Positions 23,976-39,198 of a stretch of DNA of 64,000 bases are shown here, in pieces. Each line of letters opens with the position of its first letter. Within the stretch, counting starts at the first letter, position 1. The stretch covers positions 1-64,000 of the forward strand of contig MCFE01000109.1 in the NCBI GenBank assembly GCA_002104905.1, read 5' to 3'. The position numbers were made by a program, and so were the translations under genes. Below the pieces are notes generated by a model. The model was not told the DNA's origin. It worked only from the letters and a program-made list of their open reading frames with translations, and did not search any database. The DNA is from Basidiobolus meristosporus CBS 931.73. Taxonomy: Eukaryota > Fungi > Basidiobolomycota.

Positions 23976-25079
23976 ATGGTTCATAAGGCTCTGGTTCAAG
24001 GCCTTCGCCTGGGCTCGAAGTTTGAGCCCGGAATCCTCATATTCTCCCGCGGGGTGTGTAGCTTGCTCATCTTTGCCATTTGGCTTGCATATTCGCTAAT
24101 ACAGTTGAGGAAAGTCCTAAATCCGCCGATTGGTTATGCAAATGAGGTGGTTCCATCCAAAATGTATGTTCCTACCATCACTGTTTCCGGCGCAAACGGC
24201 GAGTTGGCTGGAGTTGACCTATTGGTAGGCGGGTTTTACAACGACAACTCCACCGGTTTGAAGCCCATTGGAACTGTGCAAAGATACGATGATGCTAAAA
24301 CCGGTTCAACTACGTTTACCATCACACCGTATACTGCTCTTCGATTCGGCCTTGTGACTTCAGGCCAGGGCCGAGTTGTAAGTGGGGTCGCATTTGCTCT
24401 CTCAACCAACCAGACGCTTCCATACTTCCCCAGAGTAGGCGTAGTGTCTTCCAACACGGCTACAATAAACGAAACCATTTACTTGACCAGCCTGGATTTC
24501 AACCGGCACGCAAGAATTGGCATAGCTCAAGAGATTACCCAGGATCTACAGGGACGCACATGGACTGCGTACACCTCCCAGACGCAAGCGCTGTCGCTGC
24601 TATACTTCACAAACTTTCAATATGCCGGTCTTCTCCTCCCACTCAACGACCCCAGCAATGGTGACGATGAGTGGATAACGCAGAAGACAACAATGAAGCC
24701 GACATACACCTGGCTTGACCTGCTAAGTAGCATGAGTGGTACATTGCCCCTCGTGACCGGGGTGTATTACGTTTTGTTTGGGGTGGGTCGAGTGCAACCA
24801 TGGGGGATATTTCAAGCATACATTCTACGTCAACAGGTGCTATCCCAGGTTGATGAGCCCGTGTTGACCATCCCGGCGTATAAAAAAATCGGAAGCAAGA
24901 TCTACACAGACGACCAGCGGCCTCACGACGAAAAGAACCAGGTTGCCATCCAAATGCCGATGCCATTCGATTCGGACGTGCAGACCATCGAGGCTAGGAT
25001 CGCGCAGTTGGAGGCGTTCCAACAAAGAATGGAAATCTTCTATCTGAATCACCAGCTGTTCGAAAGCAAGAAGTTGTGA
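23976..25079 (+). CDS. Two-TM membrane protein with about 200-aa loop, unknown family (DEG/ENaC-like motifs)
   Basis: Intronless 367-aa ORF, hydrophobic segments at about aa 19-46 and about 248-270, conserved-looking LFGxGRxQPWGxxQ, C-terminal coiled coil. Confidence 0.8.
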   Translation: MVHKALVQGLRLGSKFEPGILIFSRGVCSLLIFAIWLAYSLIQLRKVLNPPIGYANEVVPSKMYVPTITVSGANGELAGVDLLVGGFYNDNSTGLKPIGTVQRYDDAKTGSTTFTITPYTALRFGLVTSGQGRVVSGVAFALSTNQTLPYFPRVGVVSSNTATINETIYLTSLDFNRHARIGIAQEITQDLQGRTWTAYTSQTQALSLLYFTNFQYAGLLLPLNDPSNGDDEWITQKTTMKPTYTWLDLLSSMSGTLPLVTGVYYVLFGVGRVQPWGIFQAYILRQQVLSQVDEPVLTIPAYKKIGSKIYTDDQRPHDEKNQVAIQMPMPFDSDVQTIEARIAQLEAFQQRMEIFYLNHQLFESKKL

Positions 25080-25305
25080 GTAAATATGCATGTAATAAAA
25101 ATGACCCAGAGCTGAGCCCGCCTGGTCCGCTTGTGGAATACACCAACAAGTATTGATCCCGCTGGACTCACCTGTGCGGTATTATAATTAATCTATCCGG
25201 ACCCATTATCATTTTACCAATCATGGAGTTTATTCAGTACGGAAGCAGACGATGGTACCAAGGCGTACTCAGGACAGACTGTACAATTGAATCAGAGTCG
25301 CTATT

Positions 25306-26163
25306 TTACACTGGGTTGAAGAAGAGGTCCGTGTGGACGGGGGTTTGGGGTGAGAGCAATTTATCAAAGATGCACTGCGTTCGCAGGTCCATGAACTGAT
25401 CACTATCGGTGACTATCCTGAGGCTATTGCTTGCGCAGCCAGCGGGCACATCCGGGATATTCAAGTGGCAGTTTTCATCTAGTAGCGGCTTCTCCTTGGG
25501 ACATATCACGTTCCATTTCTCCAGGTAGCGTAGCTCGTACATCTCCCACACAATGATCTCAAATAACTCGGTGGAGAACTCCACCATGGAAAGCATGCCA
25601 CCCGAGCCCTCCGTGGTCATTGCTCGCAGATGGTGCACCAGGCTCATGGATTCAAACCGACTGCGCACTAGACCCACCGTCATTCGTTGGTGGGTGTGCT
25701 CCTCCTCGCATAGAGTCAGATATTGAATCAGGAAATGCTTCATGTAGCGTTCACTCCATCTCAGCCGTAAACACAGATGCTTAAACACCTCCACGATGGC
25801 CTTAGGCTCCCAATGATTCGTCAGAAACTTCACGAACCGGGCGGTTTTGTTTGCTCTCTCTCCGATCACCAAGGTGGTGGTCAGCTGCACAATATTGAGT
25901 ATGGGCCAGTCCTTCGTCACCTCGGACACCAGAGAGGCGAATTTCGTGTGACCAACTCCCCAGTGGTAAAATAGCTTGATGAGGAGCTCAGCAATCTGCT
26001 GAATTGGCCAACCGTTGACCAGCCATCTGATGGCTGACGGGATGGATTCGGAATAGGAGTCGGACAACTCGTTGATCAATCTCTGCAAGTAATAGGCAAT
26101 GTAGTCTAGATTCTGCTCATTACGGATCCAACTGTAGAACTGGGTATTATATCTACTGTCCAT
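25306..26163 (-). CDS. Hypothetical helical-repeat protein
   Basis: 285-aa ORF with periodic Trp and amphipathic helices; no family recognised. Confidence 0.7.
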   Translation of the reverse strand: MDSRYNTQFYSWIRNEQNLDYIAYYLQRLINELSDSYSESIPSAIRWLVNGWPIQQIAELLIKLFYHWGVGHTKFASLVSEVTKDWPILNIVQLTTTLVIGERANKTARFVKFLTNHWEPKAIVEVFKHLCLRLRWSERYMKHFLIQYLTLCEEEHTHQRMTVGLVRSRFESMSLVHHLRAMTTEGSGGMLSMVEFSTELFEIIVWEMYELRYLEKWNVICPKEKPLLDENCHLNIPDVPAGCASNSLRIVTDSDQFMDLRTQCIFDKLLSPQTPVHTDLFFNPV

Positions 26164-27004
26164 GTCTAAAAAGAGGATTAATCATTCGAGGTGTGCGAGA
26201 ATGTTATGCCAGCCGTTTACCTCTCATGGTCTTTTCCACTTCTGCTATGTCGGTGTGAACATGTGGCGTGGGCTGAGGACCATCAAGGTTCTTGAACATG
26301 TTCGTCTAGAGGGAATAGAAATTGGTTGAATAGTAAAAGTGGTGGATCGTTCCAGACGAAAATAGAGTGTCTTTCGGCTCGGCCCTTGGTATTTATATAG
26401 AGACCGAGTATGAGAAATGTTTGTCCAGAGGCTGTGTCGATCGGAAAGTTTGATGTTATGGAACAATTATCATACAAGTCACCAGGTTTGAGGGGAGGAA
26501 TTTCCAAGCAAATCTTCCCAGAATCCGACCGAAATTACCAACCGTGTAGTGAATGAGATTGGTTTCATCTAGAGCTACGGGCTATGGGCTAGCGAAATGC
26601 GCTTTGATTTTCGACGGATGTGGAGGAGGTGGATCCATAACACGATATGCAAAATCTGCTTAATTCATCTATTTTGTTTCTCGTCAATCATTGTTTGCCC
26701 AGTGTTAGACAAACTGTGTGTGTAGAGTCATCAGACGCACGTTTCCCCTGAGAGTTGGATTGCAGCACTTCATTTAATCATTCAGGGAGATGAAGTGCTT
26801 AGCAATAGCCACACTTGCAAATTGTCCCAGTCCTTGAAGCAAAGGATATGCAATGTCGATATAGTTGGGAGAATGTGCTTTCTTTAGGGAGACACCCGCT
26901 TCTCCTCCTTCTCCAAGCCTTTATAAAGTGCGGGAGGATCGTCAAGGAATGATACTATTTGTCACGGTCACGGCTTCGCTCAACAACGCTCATCAACCTC
27001 AAGA

Positions 27005-28541
27005 ATGAGTAGTGATGCTACATTTGATATCAGCAGAATTGCCTGGACATCTGCTAAGCCCATCATAAAGATCATACTCAATGTAGGTAAGTACAGCAGG
27101 AATGCTATGCCACCCAGGCATCTTAACCGATTCATTCGATGTAGCGGCTGGATATATTCTTGCGAAGATTGGATTTATCACGCCCATGATAGCGAAATCC
27201 TTCTCCAAAGTAGCACTCTCTTCTGACTTCTCCCTGCCCTGCCACGGCTAACTCGATCTTTAGATAATAGTGAACTACATACTTCCATGCCTACTCTTCG
27301 TCAACATGGTGGAAAGCGTTCGGACCGATTATTTTCGTCAATTCGGGTAATTCATACTGTTTAGCGGAGTTGTCTCCAACCATTGAAACTCACACACCGT
27401 CAGGATTATGATGCTGATGGTGGTTTTCTACATATTTCTGGGTGCGATTTTTGGCACCCTATTTCGCGCATTTGCCACTTTGCCGCGCAATTTTCGAAAC
27501 GGGATCGTTGGTAAGCATCCACTTTACATCGATGATCAGAACAATGCTCATACCGCATCATAGCTGCAGCAATCTGGGGGAATTGGGTAAAGAACTTTTG
27601 ATTTGCATTTTGCTGCTGCCAGGGACTTACATGCGGATTAGGGTGATATTCCGCTTGCCGTTATGGTATCCTTAGGCGATACACCGCCATTCCGAGCAGG
27701 AGATCGTAGCCGGGGGATTGCATATCAGTCGGTCTTTCTTGTGCTCTTCAACGTAACCCTATTCATCATGGGCGGATTCAAGTTGATTCAGAGTGACTAC
27801 AGCGAATGCGTCTTGGAGAAAACGATTGAGGTTGAGGAGAAGTCACTCAATGGATCCTCTACGCTGTCACAAACCAAGGACCCTGCGCACCATGACCCAA
27901 CTGCTGCAGGATGCGAGACACTAGGCGACAACACGAAAGAGAGCGGGTACATCGACACCCATGTTGTGCTAGAGCCGTCAAAGTGGCAGGTTTGGCGAGA
28001 ACGGATAGCGGGCCTATTGGGGCTGATATTTGCCCCACCGAACCTGGCGGTTATCCTGGGGATTATTGTAGCGTTAGTCCCGATCTTCAAGACACAGTTT
28101 GTAAGGACCACACGTCCAGCACCAGAGCCAGCGCTGGAATTTGTATTTGCCTACATATATTCTGTTGGGGCAGCCTATGTTCCGCTTGCACTGGTGAATC
28201 TGGGTGCCGCCTTGGCCCGAATGGATTTTGTAGCCGTCCCGTTCGGAGTGTCCTTGCTGTTTGCTTTGACCAAACTTGTCCTCACCCCGGCAATCGGGAT
28301 ATCTTTTGTACTGCTTCTGGTGAGAGTGGCCAAGATCATCGACGCTGACGACAAACCGTTGATATTCCTCGCGATGTTTGCCTCGTGCGTTCCTACCGCC
28401 ACGACCATCATGGTGTTAACCCAGTTCTACAGCCCCGACGGGGAAGCCAAGGAGATTGCCTCCATCCTAATAGTTCAATACGCCCTTGGGGTATTCACGC
28501 TCATTGGCTCTATGATATTAATTTTCTACCTAATATCTTAA
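27005..28541 (+). CDS. Auxin-efflux-carrier (Mem_trans/PILS-like) membrane transporter, multi-exon
   Basis: Spliced reading gives SAKPIIKII-VAAGYILAK-IVNYILPCLLF-WGNWGDIPLAV...PLALVNLGAAL...SCVPTATT; at least five short GT-AG introns between 27085 and 27650. Confidence 0.85.
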
Positions 28542-28947
28542 CATTCTCAACTGAACACTCATTGTATGCATATTGTAGACTTGTGTCACGACTAGTATAT
28601 AATACACACGCCACCGACACTTCAGTTCACCGTTTGACTGGTATTGAACAATAAAAAGCTAGGAGTTCGACGCAACACCAGCATCACCATCACCATCACC
28701 ATCATCAGGCCCCTTTTTTTCCTATTCCAAGAGAAAATCTTTTCCTGATGGATCACGTGGATTGGATCTTGGGTTCATGGCAAAAAGTTTGGAGATCGGA
28801 AACAAAAGTGTTGCTATGGGATAGACGAGTTCTTTCTCTTCTGAACTCAGTTCAACCACATTTGTAGACAAGGTTAGCGAATCCATGAATACATCCATTG
28901 ACCTGCACAGCTTGCTGACCCCCAATCTTCTTCCCCAGTCTTGAAAA

Positions 28948-29430
28948 ATGGAGGCTGTCCAAACTTTCGGTCGTAAGGTGGGTGCACTATCCTCGGACAA
29001 CGCCGTTGTTTCCCTTTGTTAAATCTTTTCTCTCCAGAAAACCGCTACTGCTGTTGCTTTCTGCAAACGTGGAAAGGGTATGATCCGTATCAACGGTTCC
29101 CCCATCGAGCTCGTCGAACCTGAAATCCTCAAGTTCAAGGTCTACGAGCCCATCCTCATCCTTGGTGAAGACAAATTCGCTGATGTTGATATCAGAGTTC
29201 GTGTCCGTGGTGGTGGTCACACTTCTCAAATCTACGCCATCCGTCAAGCCATTGCCAAGGCCATCGTCGCCTTCTACCAGAAGTTCGTTGATGAAGCTTC
29301 CAAGAAGGAGATCAAGGAGAAGCTCGTCGCCTACGACAGAACCCTTCTTGTCGCCGATCCCAGACGCTGCGAACCCAAGAAGTTCGGAGGTCCAGGTGCT
29401 CGTGCCAGATACCAAAAGTCCTACCGTTAA
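28948..29430 (+). CDS. RPS16: 40S ribosomal protein S16 (uS9); intron 28978-29037
   Basis: [10 protein letters not shown]|KTATAVA...[15 protein letters not shown]...[17 protein letters not shown]. Confidence 0.98.
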
Positions 29431-29980
29431 ACCAGATTGGTTTATTGGTGTGTTTGTCTCTCTTTTCTGTAACATCGAGATTCTGTTGGAAATCCAATAA
29501 ATTCACTTGTCCTTTGCGATGAGAAGCCAAAACTCTTTCATTATCGAAGTCGTCTATCGTGATGCGTTACTATAGTTCCTTGGTGGTGCAGCATTGCTGC
29601 TATTCCCTGGCCATATGAGATGATATATTTCTCCCGCCCGAGTGATTTGTTTCGTTGGCAGCATTCCTCGAACCCTTGTGTTCTGTTGTCTGATGACTAT
29701 TCCTTTCCGACGAGGGCCAAACATTCCCGAGCACCACGACAGAAGCAAATTTTGGATTTCGTCCACGAGGGATTTCGAATAAACCAAAATCACAATAAAT
29801 CATGCGCATCAGAAAAATTAAGCAATTTATCGGGGAAATAACCAAGTAAAAATGACTAATGGCCTGCGATCAGAATTAGAAAGAAAATCGAGGAAAATAA
29901 TTGAGGCTTGCGTTATAAATGTTTTTGCTCTTGTGAATTCTCCTTCTCTTTCCCTCAGGTTCTTGTTGCTCTAGCAAACC

Positions 29981-30056
29981 GTATCCTTTGTGTTGGTTAC
30001 ATCCATCAATTCGCCTCATCCATTTGTTCAGTTGTTCCTTAACATTGTTTGTATAG
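29981..30056 (+). other. U12-type (minor) GT-AG intron in the RPL13 5' UTR
   Basis: 5'SS GTATCCTTT, branch TTCCTTAAC at 30035-30043, TAG 3'SS 13 nt later and 3 nt before the ATG. Confidence 0.8.
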
Positions 30057-30059
30057 AAG

Positions 30060-30758
30060 ATGAAGCACAACAATCAGTTGCCCAACAATCACTTCCGCAA
30101 GGATTGGCAATTACGTGTCAAGACTTGGTTTGATCAAGCTGGTCGTAAGAAGCGCAGAAGACTCAATCGCGTCCAAAAGGCTGCTCGTATTGCTCCTCGC
30201 CCCGTTGACGGCCTTCTTAGACCTGCCGTCAGATGCCCCACTGTCAAGTACAACACCAAGTTGAGAGCTGGCAAAGGTTTCACCTTGGAGGAGCTTAAGG
30301 TAGTACCAGATCGCTCAGCATTCGCCGCCAACCGGTATTAACGATTTTGGAAACTCGGCTAATAGGAAGCCGGTATCAGACGCAAGGAGGCTCTTACCAT
30401 CGGTATTTCCGTCGACCACCGTCGTCGTAACAAGTCCGAAGAGTCCTTGAGCTTGAACGTCCAACGCCTCAAGGCCTACAAGGCTAAGCTCATCGTCTTC
30501 CCCAAGAAGGCCGGTAAGCCCAAGAAGGGTGACAGCGAGGCCGCTGAGCTTGCTGAAGCCAAGCAACTCGCCGGTGCTGTTATGCCCGTTACCCAAGTCT
30601 ACTCCAAGGAGAAGGCCCGCAAGGTCACCGAGGAGGAGAAGACTGCCAGCGCTTACGCTACCCTCCGTAACGTTCGTTCCGAACAACGTTACCGTGGTAT
30701 CCGTGAGAAGCGTGCCAGACTCAAGGCCGAAGAGGAGGCTCAAAAGGTCAAGAAATAA
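30060..30758 (+). CDS. RPL13: 60S ribosomal protein L13 (eL13); intron 30300-30365
   Basis: [17 protein letters not shown]...[12 protein letters not shown]|EAG...VDHRRRNKS...NVQRLKAY. Confidence 0.98.
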
Positions 30759-31149
30759 ATGTCAACATTTCTCGATTTTGATTCTTCCAGCAATACACAT
30801 TAATAAATATGCAACCTTATATCTGATCCTGTCTCATTATATATATGTGTGTATGTCAAAACATAACTCGTACAACCTGGTTTAAAGACCAAGAAGGAAA
30901 CTGCAACTGAGGTTAGGTCGTTAGTTGGAGGTTGTGCCATTCGATCATATCCGAGTGTGCGTATTTACAAACTGCATTCCTAACTAACTCTACACTTAGC
31001 TCTTAACCGATTCCTACTGTTTCCACAACATCTCATCATCTACTGTTCCACATCCATCAATTCAAGTCAGCATAAGAATGATTTGTTTTTTGGCAAAAGG
31101 AGATTTATTGGAGGGGATCAGTACATGCTTCATATTAATCCGAAGAGAT

Positions 31150-31548
31150 TTAGTTTTCTTGGGTACGAAGACGAGCGTTAGCGTTGGTAACCTTGACATT
31201 CAATTGTTGAGCGCGCTCGACAATGGAGATGCGGTTCTTGGAGCTGACGTTGTGAGCGATCTCGGCGGCATAGGTACGGTTTTGCATCAACAAAACCTCC
31301 AACTCCTTGACGCTGGAAACGACGAACTTCTTGAAGCCGTTGGGCATCAAGTGACGGGTCTTGCTGTTAGATCCATAACCGATCTTGGGCATAGGGATTT
31401 GTCCCTTGAATCTACGACGGACACGGTTATCGATACCCTTGGGCTTTCTCCAAGACTCCTTGACGGTCTTGTAGCGGTCAGATTGATGACGCTTGAAGGG
31501 CTTGGTGCGCTTCTTGACAATTGCGACCTTGTTAGTAGAGGAGACCAT
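31150..31548 (-). CDS. RPL32: 60S ribosomal protein L32 (eL32), probably preceded by a U2-type 5' UTR intron
   Basis: [15 protein letters not shown]...[17 protein letters not shown]...[12 protein letters not shown]; GTATGA...CTGAC...CAG immediately upstream of the ATG. Confidence 0.98.
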   Translation of the reverse strand: MVSSTNKVAIVKKRTKPFKRHQSDRYKTVKESWRKPKGIDNRVRRRFKGQIPMPKIGYGSNSKTRHLMPNGFKKFVVSSVKELEVLLMQNRTYAAEIAHNVSSKNRISIVERAQQLNVKVTNANARLRTQEN

Positions 31549-31857
31549 TCTGTAGAGTATGTCAGTTCAGCCGGAGTTCAGTTGGAATCAATGGATGGAC
31601 TCATACCTTGCTCACGAAGTCAGATGGATTTCCGGAAGAGAAAGAGGGAACTCTGCTTTTTTCCATAACTTTTATTGAGATTCTCCTGATGGATGATCCT
31701 CCTGGGATCACGTGACGTGAAAGAAATTTCTCCTCGACCATCCAACAACACCGCCAGGGTTTTGCGGGGTGCAGGAAATATATTCGGTCTCGGTGCTCGG
31801 AGTCTGGGATGGTGTCGATTCGATTCAACGAATGTACATGTATGGCACAATAGACGC

Positions 31858-31916
31858 TATCACATTAAGCGCAGAGTGTAGTTCTGGATATCACATTAAG
31901 CGTAGTGTAGTTCTGG
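31858..31916. repeat. Imperfect about 30-bp tandem repeat between RPS3 and RPL32
   Basis: TATCACATTAAGCG(C)AG(A)GTGTAGTTCTGG twice. Confidence 0.85.
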
Positions 31917-32010
31917 TATGAAGCAGAAGGTACTTTATTATCTAAATGACCATCAGGGAAGGATGACTTGGTAATAGTGGTCGTTTCGAGACGTGGCTTG
32001 GTGAGATGGT

Positions 32011-33084
32011 TTAAGCCTCCACTGGCTCAGCGGCGGATTCCTCGGCAACAGGAGCCTCAACCTTCTTTTGGAAATCCTCGGAGATGGGCTCGGTGACGAC
32101 GGGCTCGTCCTTGGGCTCCATGACGGTGATCATATCAGGAAGAGGGTTCTTGGGGCCAATCTTGCCGGAAGGATCCCAATCCAACATGATCTTGACCTTG
32201 ATACCAAGGACACCTTGGCGGAGAAGAACGTGACGGACGGCGGTATCGATGTAGTCACGAACGGGTTGACCGGAGTGAATCATGAAACCGTCGGCGAACT
32301 TCATGGCCTTGGCACGGGCGGCACGAAGCTTACCAGAGATGACGACCTCAGCACCCTTGGCACCAGACTCCATGGCGAAACGGAGAACGGAGTGGGCAGC
32401 ACGACGGACGGCAAGTCCGGCGAGCAACTTATGACGAACAGCCTCGCATTGGGCGACGGCGCAGAGACCACGGTTGGCAACACGCTCGGCATAAAGCTCG
32501 ACGGTGTTTTCGGGGAAGTTGAAACGCTTTTGAACGACGGAGGTCAATTCACGGATACGGCGACCCTTCTCTCCGAGGACATCTTGGGTGCGAGTGGCAC
32601 GGATGATGATTTCGGTGCGAGCGGGGGTGACGCGGACCTCGACACCGGAGTAGCCCTCTTCGGCGAGCTCACGGGTGAAGAACTCGTTGAGTTCAGCATA
32701 GAAAACGCCATCAGCGACGAACTGTTGGTAAGCAAAGATGGGGGTTAGTTCTTCTGTGGATACAAGCCAATGATGAAGAAGACATCAAGATAGAGGGGTG
32801 CGCGGTTCATCAGTGCATCAACAAATGGTTACGTGCATTATGCCACATTCCCGAGGGCAGGCATTCAAACAAGAGGTGTCAGAAAGGTTAGATTCTCATC
32901 AAATGGAACCGCGCTCACCCTTCTATCGTTGACTATGTCCAATCCCATCCATCAGCCTCCAATAAAGCCAATCTTCCTCGCTTCACGGAGAAGACGTGGG
33001 TTTATCCGAGGGCATTGAACGTCGGATCGTACAGAACGTGTGGTGATAGATTACCTTTCTCTTCTTAGAGATCTGGGCAGCCAT
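32011..33084 (-). CDS. RPS3: 40S ribosomal protein S3 (uS3); exon 1 33055-33084, intron 32722-33054
   Basis: [10 protein letters not shown]|[30 protein letters not shown]...[15 protein letters not shown]. Confidence 0.98.
32800..32914 (-). ncRNA. Putative intronic box C/D snoRNA
   Basis: Perfect 9-bp terminal stem GCGCGGTTC/GAACCGCGC closing box C (TGATGA), D' (CTGA) and box D (CTGA), inside an unusually long 333-bp intron. Confidence 0.75.
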
Positions 33085-33365
33085 GTTCGATGTAAAGAAG
33101 GACCACACCCAACGCAATTTTTTCACAATTATACTCGAACCTTCCTACAAGTTGAAGTCCAATTCGGATCGTAAAAACCACGGCTGTAGGGGTGATGATT
33201 GGCGTAATTCGCCTCCATCGTCATGTGATTTGTGGGATGGACAATGGTTGTTAGTATTGGTGCTTGCTGGATTACTGGCACTGTCTCTGATGTTGGATTC
33301 AGATTGGAGACCGTAATATATACGCACCATAGCCCCTTGGCCTAGAAACCTTACTGACTGGAAAC

Positions 33366-34594
33366 ATGGCTGAAATGGATGATGTCGTGCGTGCTATTGC
33401 TGATACTTCGTTGAAGCTGCTTATCGACTGCCGGTATACCGAGCTTTTAGGCATGTCTAGCGATGAATTGTTTCAACGGGTGCAGGTGCTGAGCGAGCCA
33501 GAGAATACGAAGGAGCAAGAATTTCAATTATTCCAATGGAACCATGGTATCTCCTACGAGGAGTTGGCCAGTTATAAAAACGAGTTGGATTATACGGTGC
33601 CCGTGAGATACAGACGGTTCGATCCGAACGATCTAAGGGCCTTCGTCGAGATTCAAAAGAGGGAAAGCGACAACAAGGAAGACCTGGGGATCGTGCTTAG
33701 GTTAGAGGAGGGTTGGGTGTATTTTGATATACGCAGAGGTTTGGACTCTCAAGATAGCTCTGAGTGGAGGGAATCGATCGAAGAGGCCGAGGAGGAGTTC
33801 CGCAGCGCTGACCTGGTTAGAGGGGCTTTGTCTTGGGTTCAACAAACTTCTATCTGCTTACTGTGTCTATATTTGTTTAGAGTGCGAAGAAGGATCCCAC
33901 GATGGAGGAGGCGGAGGATGATTATTGGGCTCAGTACGGAGAGTCGTCGGATGATGCCGACCAGGAGCAAACTAAGGAGACCCGTGGAAATGAAGAAATC
34001 GACTACTGGTCACAGTATGACCAGGTCAACGCAGCGTTGGATCAAACCGAAGTAGACACCGAGCCTTACAGAGGCTTCAGTAGAGATGAGGACAAAGCAT
34101 TCGTAGAGTTGGAGGTATCGGATGATTTCCTGAGAGAGCTGGACAACATCGAGAAAGAGGAACTACTGAGTAACGAAGGCCAACCCGGCGGCACAAAGGA
34201 AAAAGAGGATGACTTCATCAAGGTATCTGCATCGGAGTCCAAAATCACTTCCGATGGTGAAGATGAGGCGACTTCGACTGTGCAGCTCACCAGCAAACCT
34301 GACCAAGAGATTTCCGCTCAGCATTCGTCTTCGCCAGCACCAACTAATCCACCGCATCCCCAGAGCATTGCCCCTTCCAATTCGGAGATGGCCTCTCGGC
34401 TGGATCTTACTACCATGTTGACGTTCGCCATGGGCAATATTAACAACATGCAAGCACAGCAAGCCCAATGGAAGCCTTTGATCTTGCAGTTGTTGCGAAC
34501 AAGTAGAGACATGGCCAAGTTAGCTGGGCTGTCAGATGTAGAGCTATCCGAACTACTGCATGATGCGTACGGCGATGTAGTTCCCAATCTATAG
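33366..34594 (+). CDS. Acidic hypothetical protein with DDYWAQY/DYWSQY motifs; one intron at about 33817-33880
   Basis: ORFs 33366-34055 and 33902-34594 are joined by a GT..TTTAG intron; no family recognised. Confidence 0.7.
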
Positions 34595-34764
34595 CTATGG
34601 GCAGCAGTGAAACATATATATAGTTCCTAATCTATGCATCTAAACAACACCTAGTTGACCATATACAGCAAGCCACACCCACACCCACGCCCGCACCCAC
34701 CCACACACGCCCGCATGATTGAAATGCTATTTTATTCGGATGAGTTGAGTTTGATGCTTGAAGT

Positions 34765-38606
<3,842 letters not shown>

Positions 38607-39198
38607 TTAAGCTAGAGGCAACTGCATTGGATTAATCAAATCGTTCAGTTTATGCACAAATTCTAAGCAAAATAGGATGGATTTTAATGCATGCTTCAAG
38701 GCAACCACCGTCACACAGTATTGTTTATTTATCACCATCACACATGTTGGTTGACAGCGTCGAGCAAAGTTATAGGCAGTGCTCAAATAATCAATGAGAC
38801 AATAATTTGTGATTAATTCTGATACGTGACTTGATGCGTTCATCACTAGGGCGTCATTCATATATTCTGATCCGGATAAGACATGCTTTTGGACTGTACT
38901 CTCGATTCGGCTTATGCAACGCAACCCCATTGAAAGTTTATTTGGTTGTGGAGCATCATATGTGTTTACTGTTAGTGTCCTCCTTTTCCATATTTTCTGC
39001 CCGTTCTCCCTAAACCCGTTTTTTGTTCAAACAGTTGCCAAACTCCAGGCTGTTCAGTTGTATATATATGGCTGAGTCGTGTTCACCACTCTGTATAATT
39101 CTCTCTAAATTTTCCCTAACTGTTTCTAATTCTAATTTATTCGAGTAGTAGCTGTACTACCATCCCTTTAACTCAGTTCCTCTCCCCGCCATCAATAC

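Noticed and set aside
28683-28706. (CACCAT)n resembling a His-tag
   Set aside because: Intergenic simple repeat with no vector context or supporting ORF.
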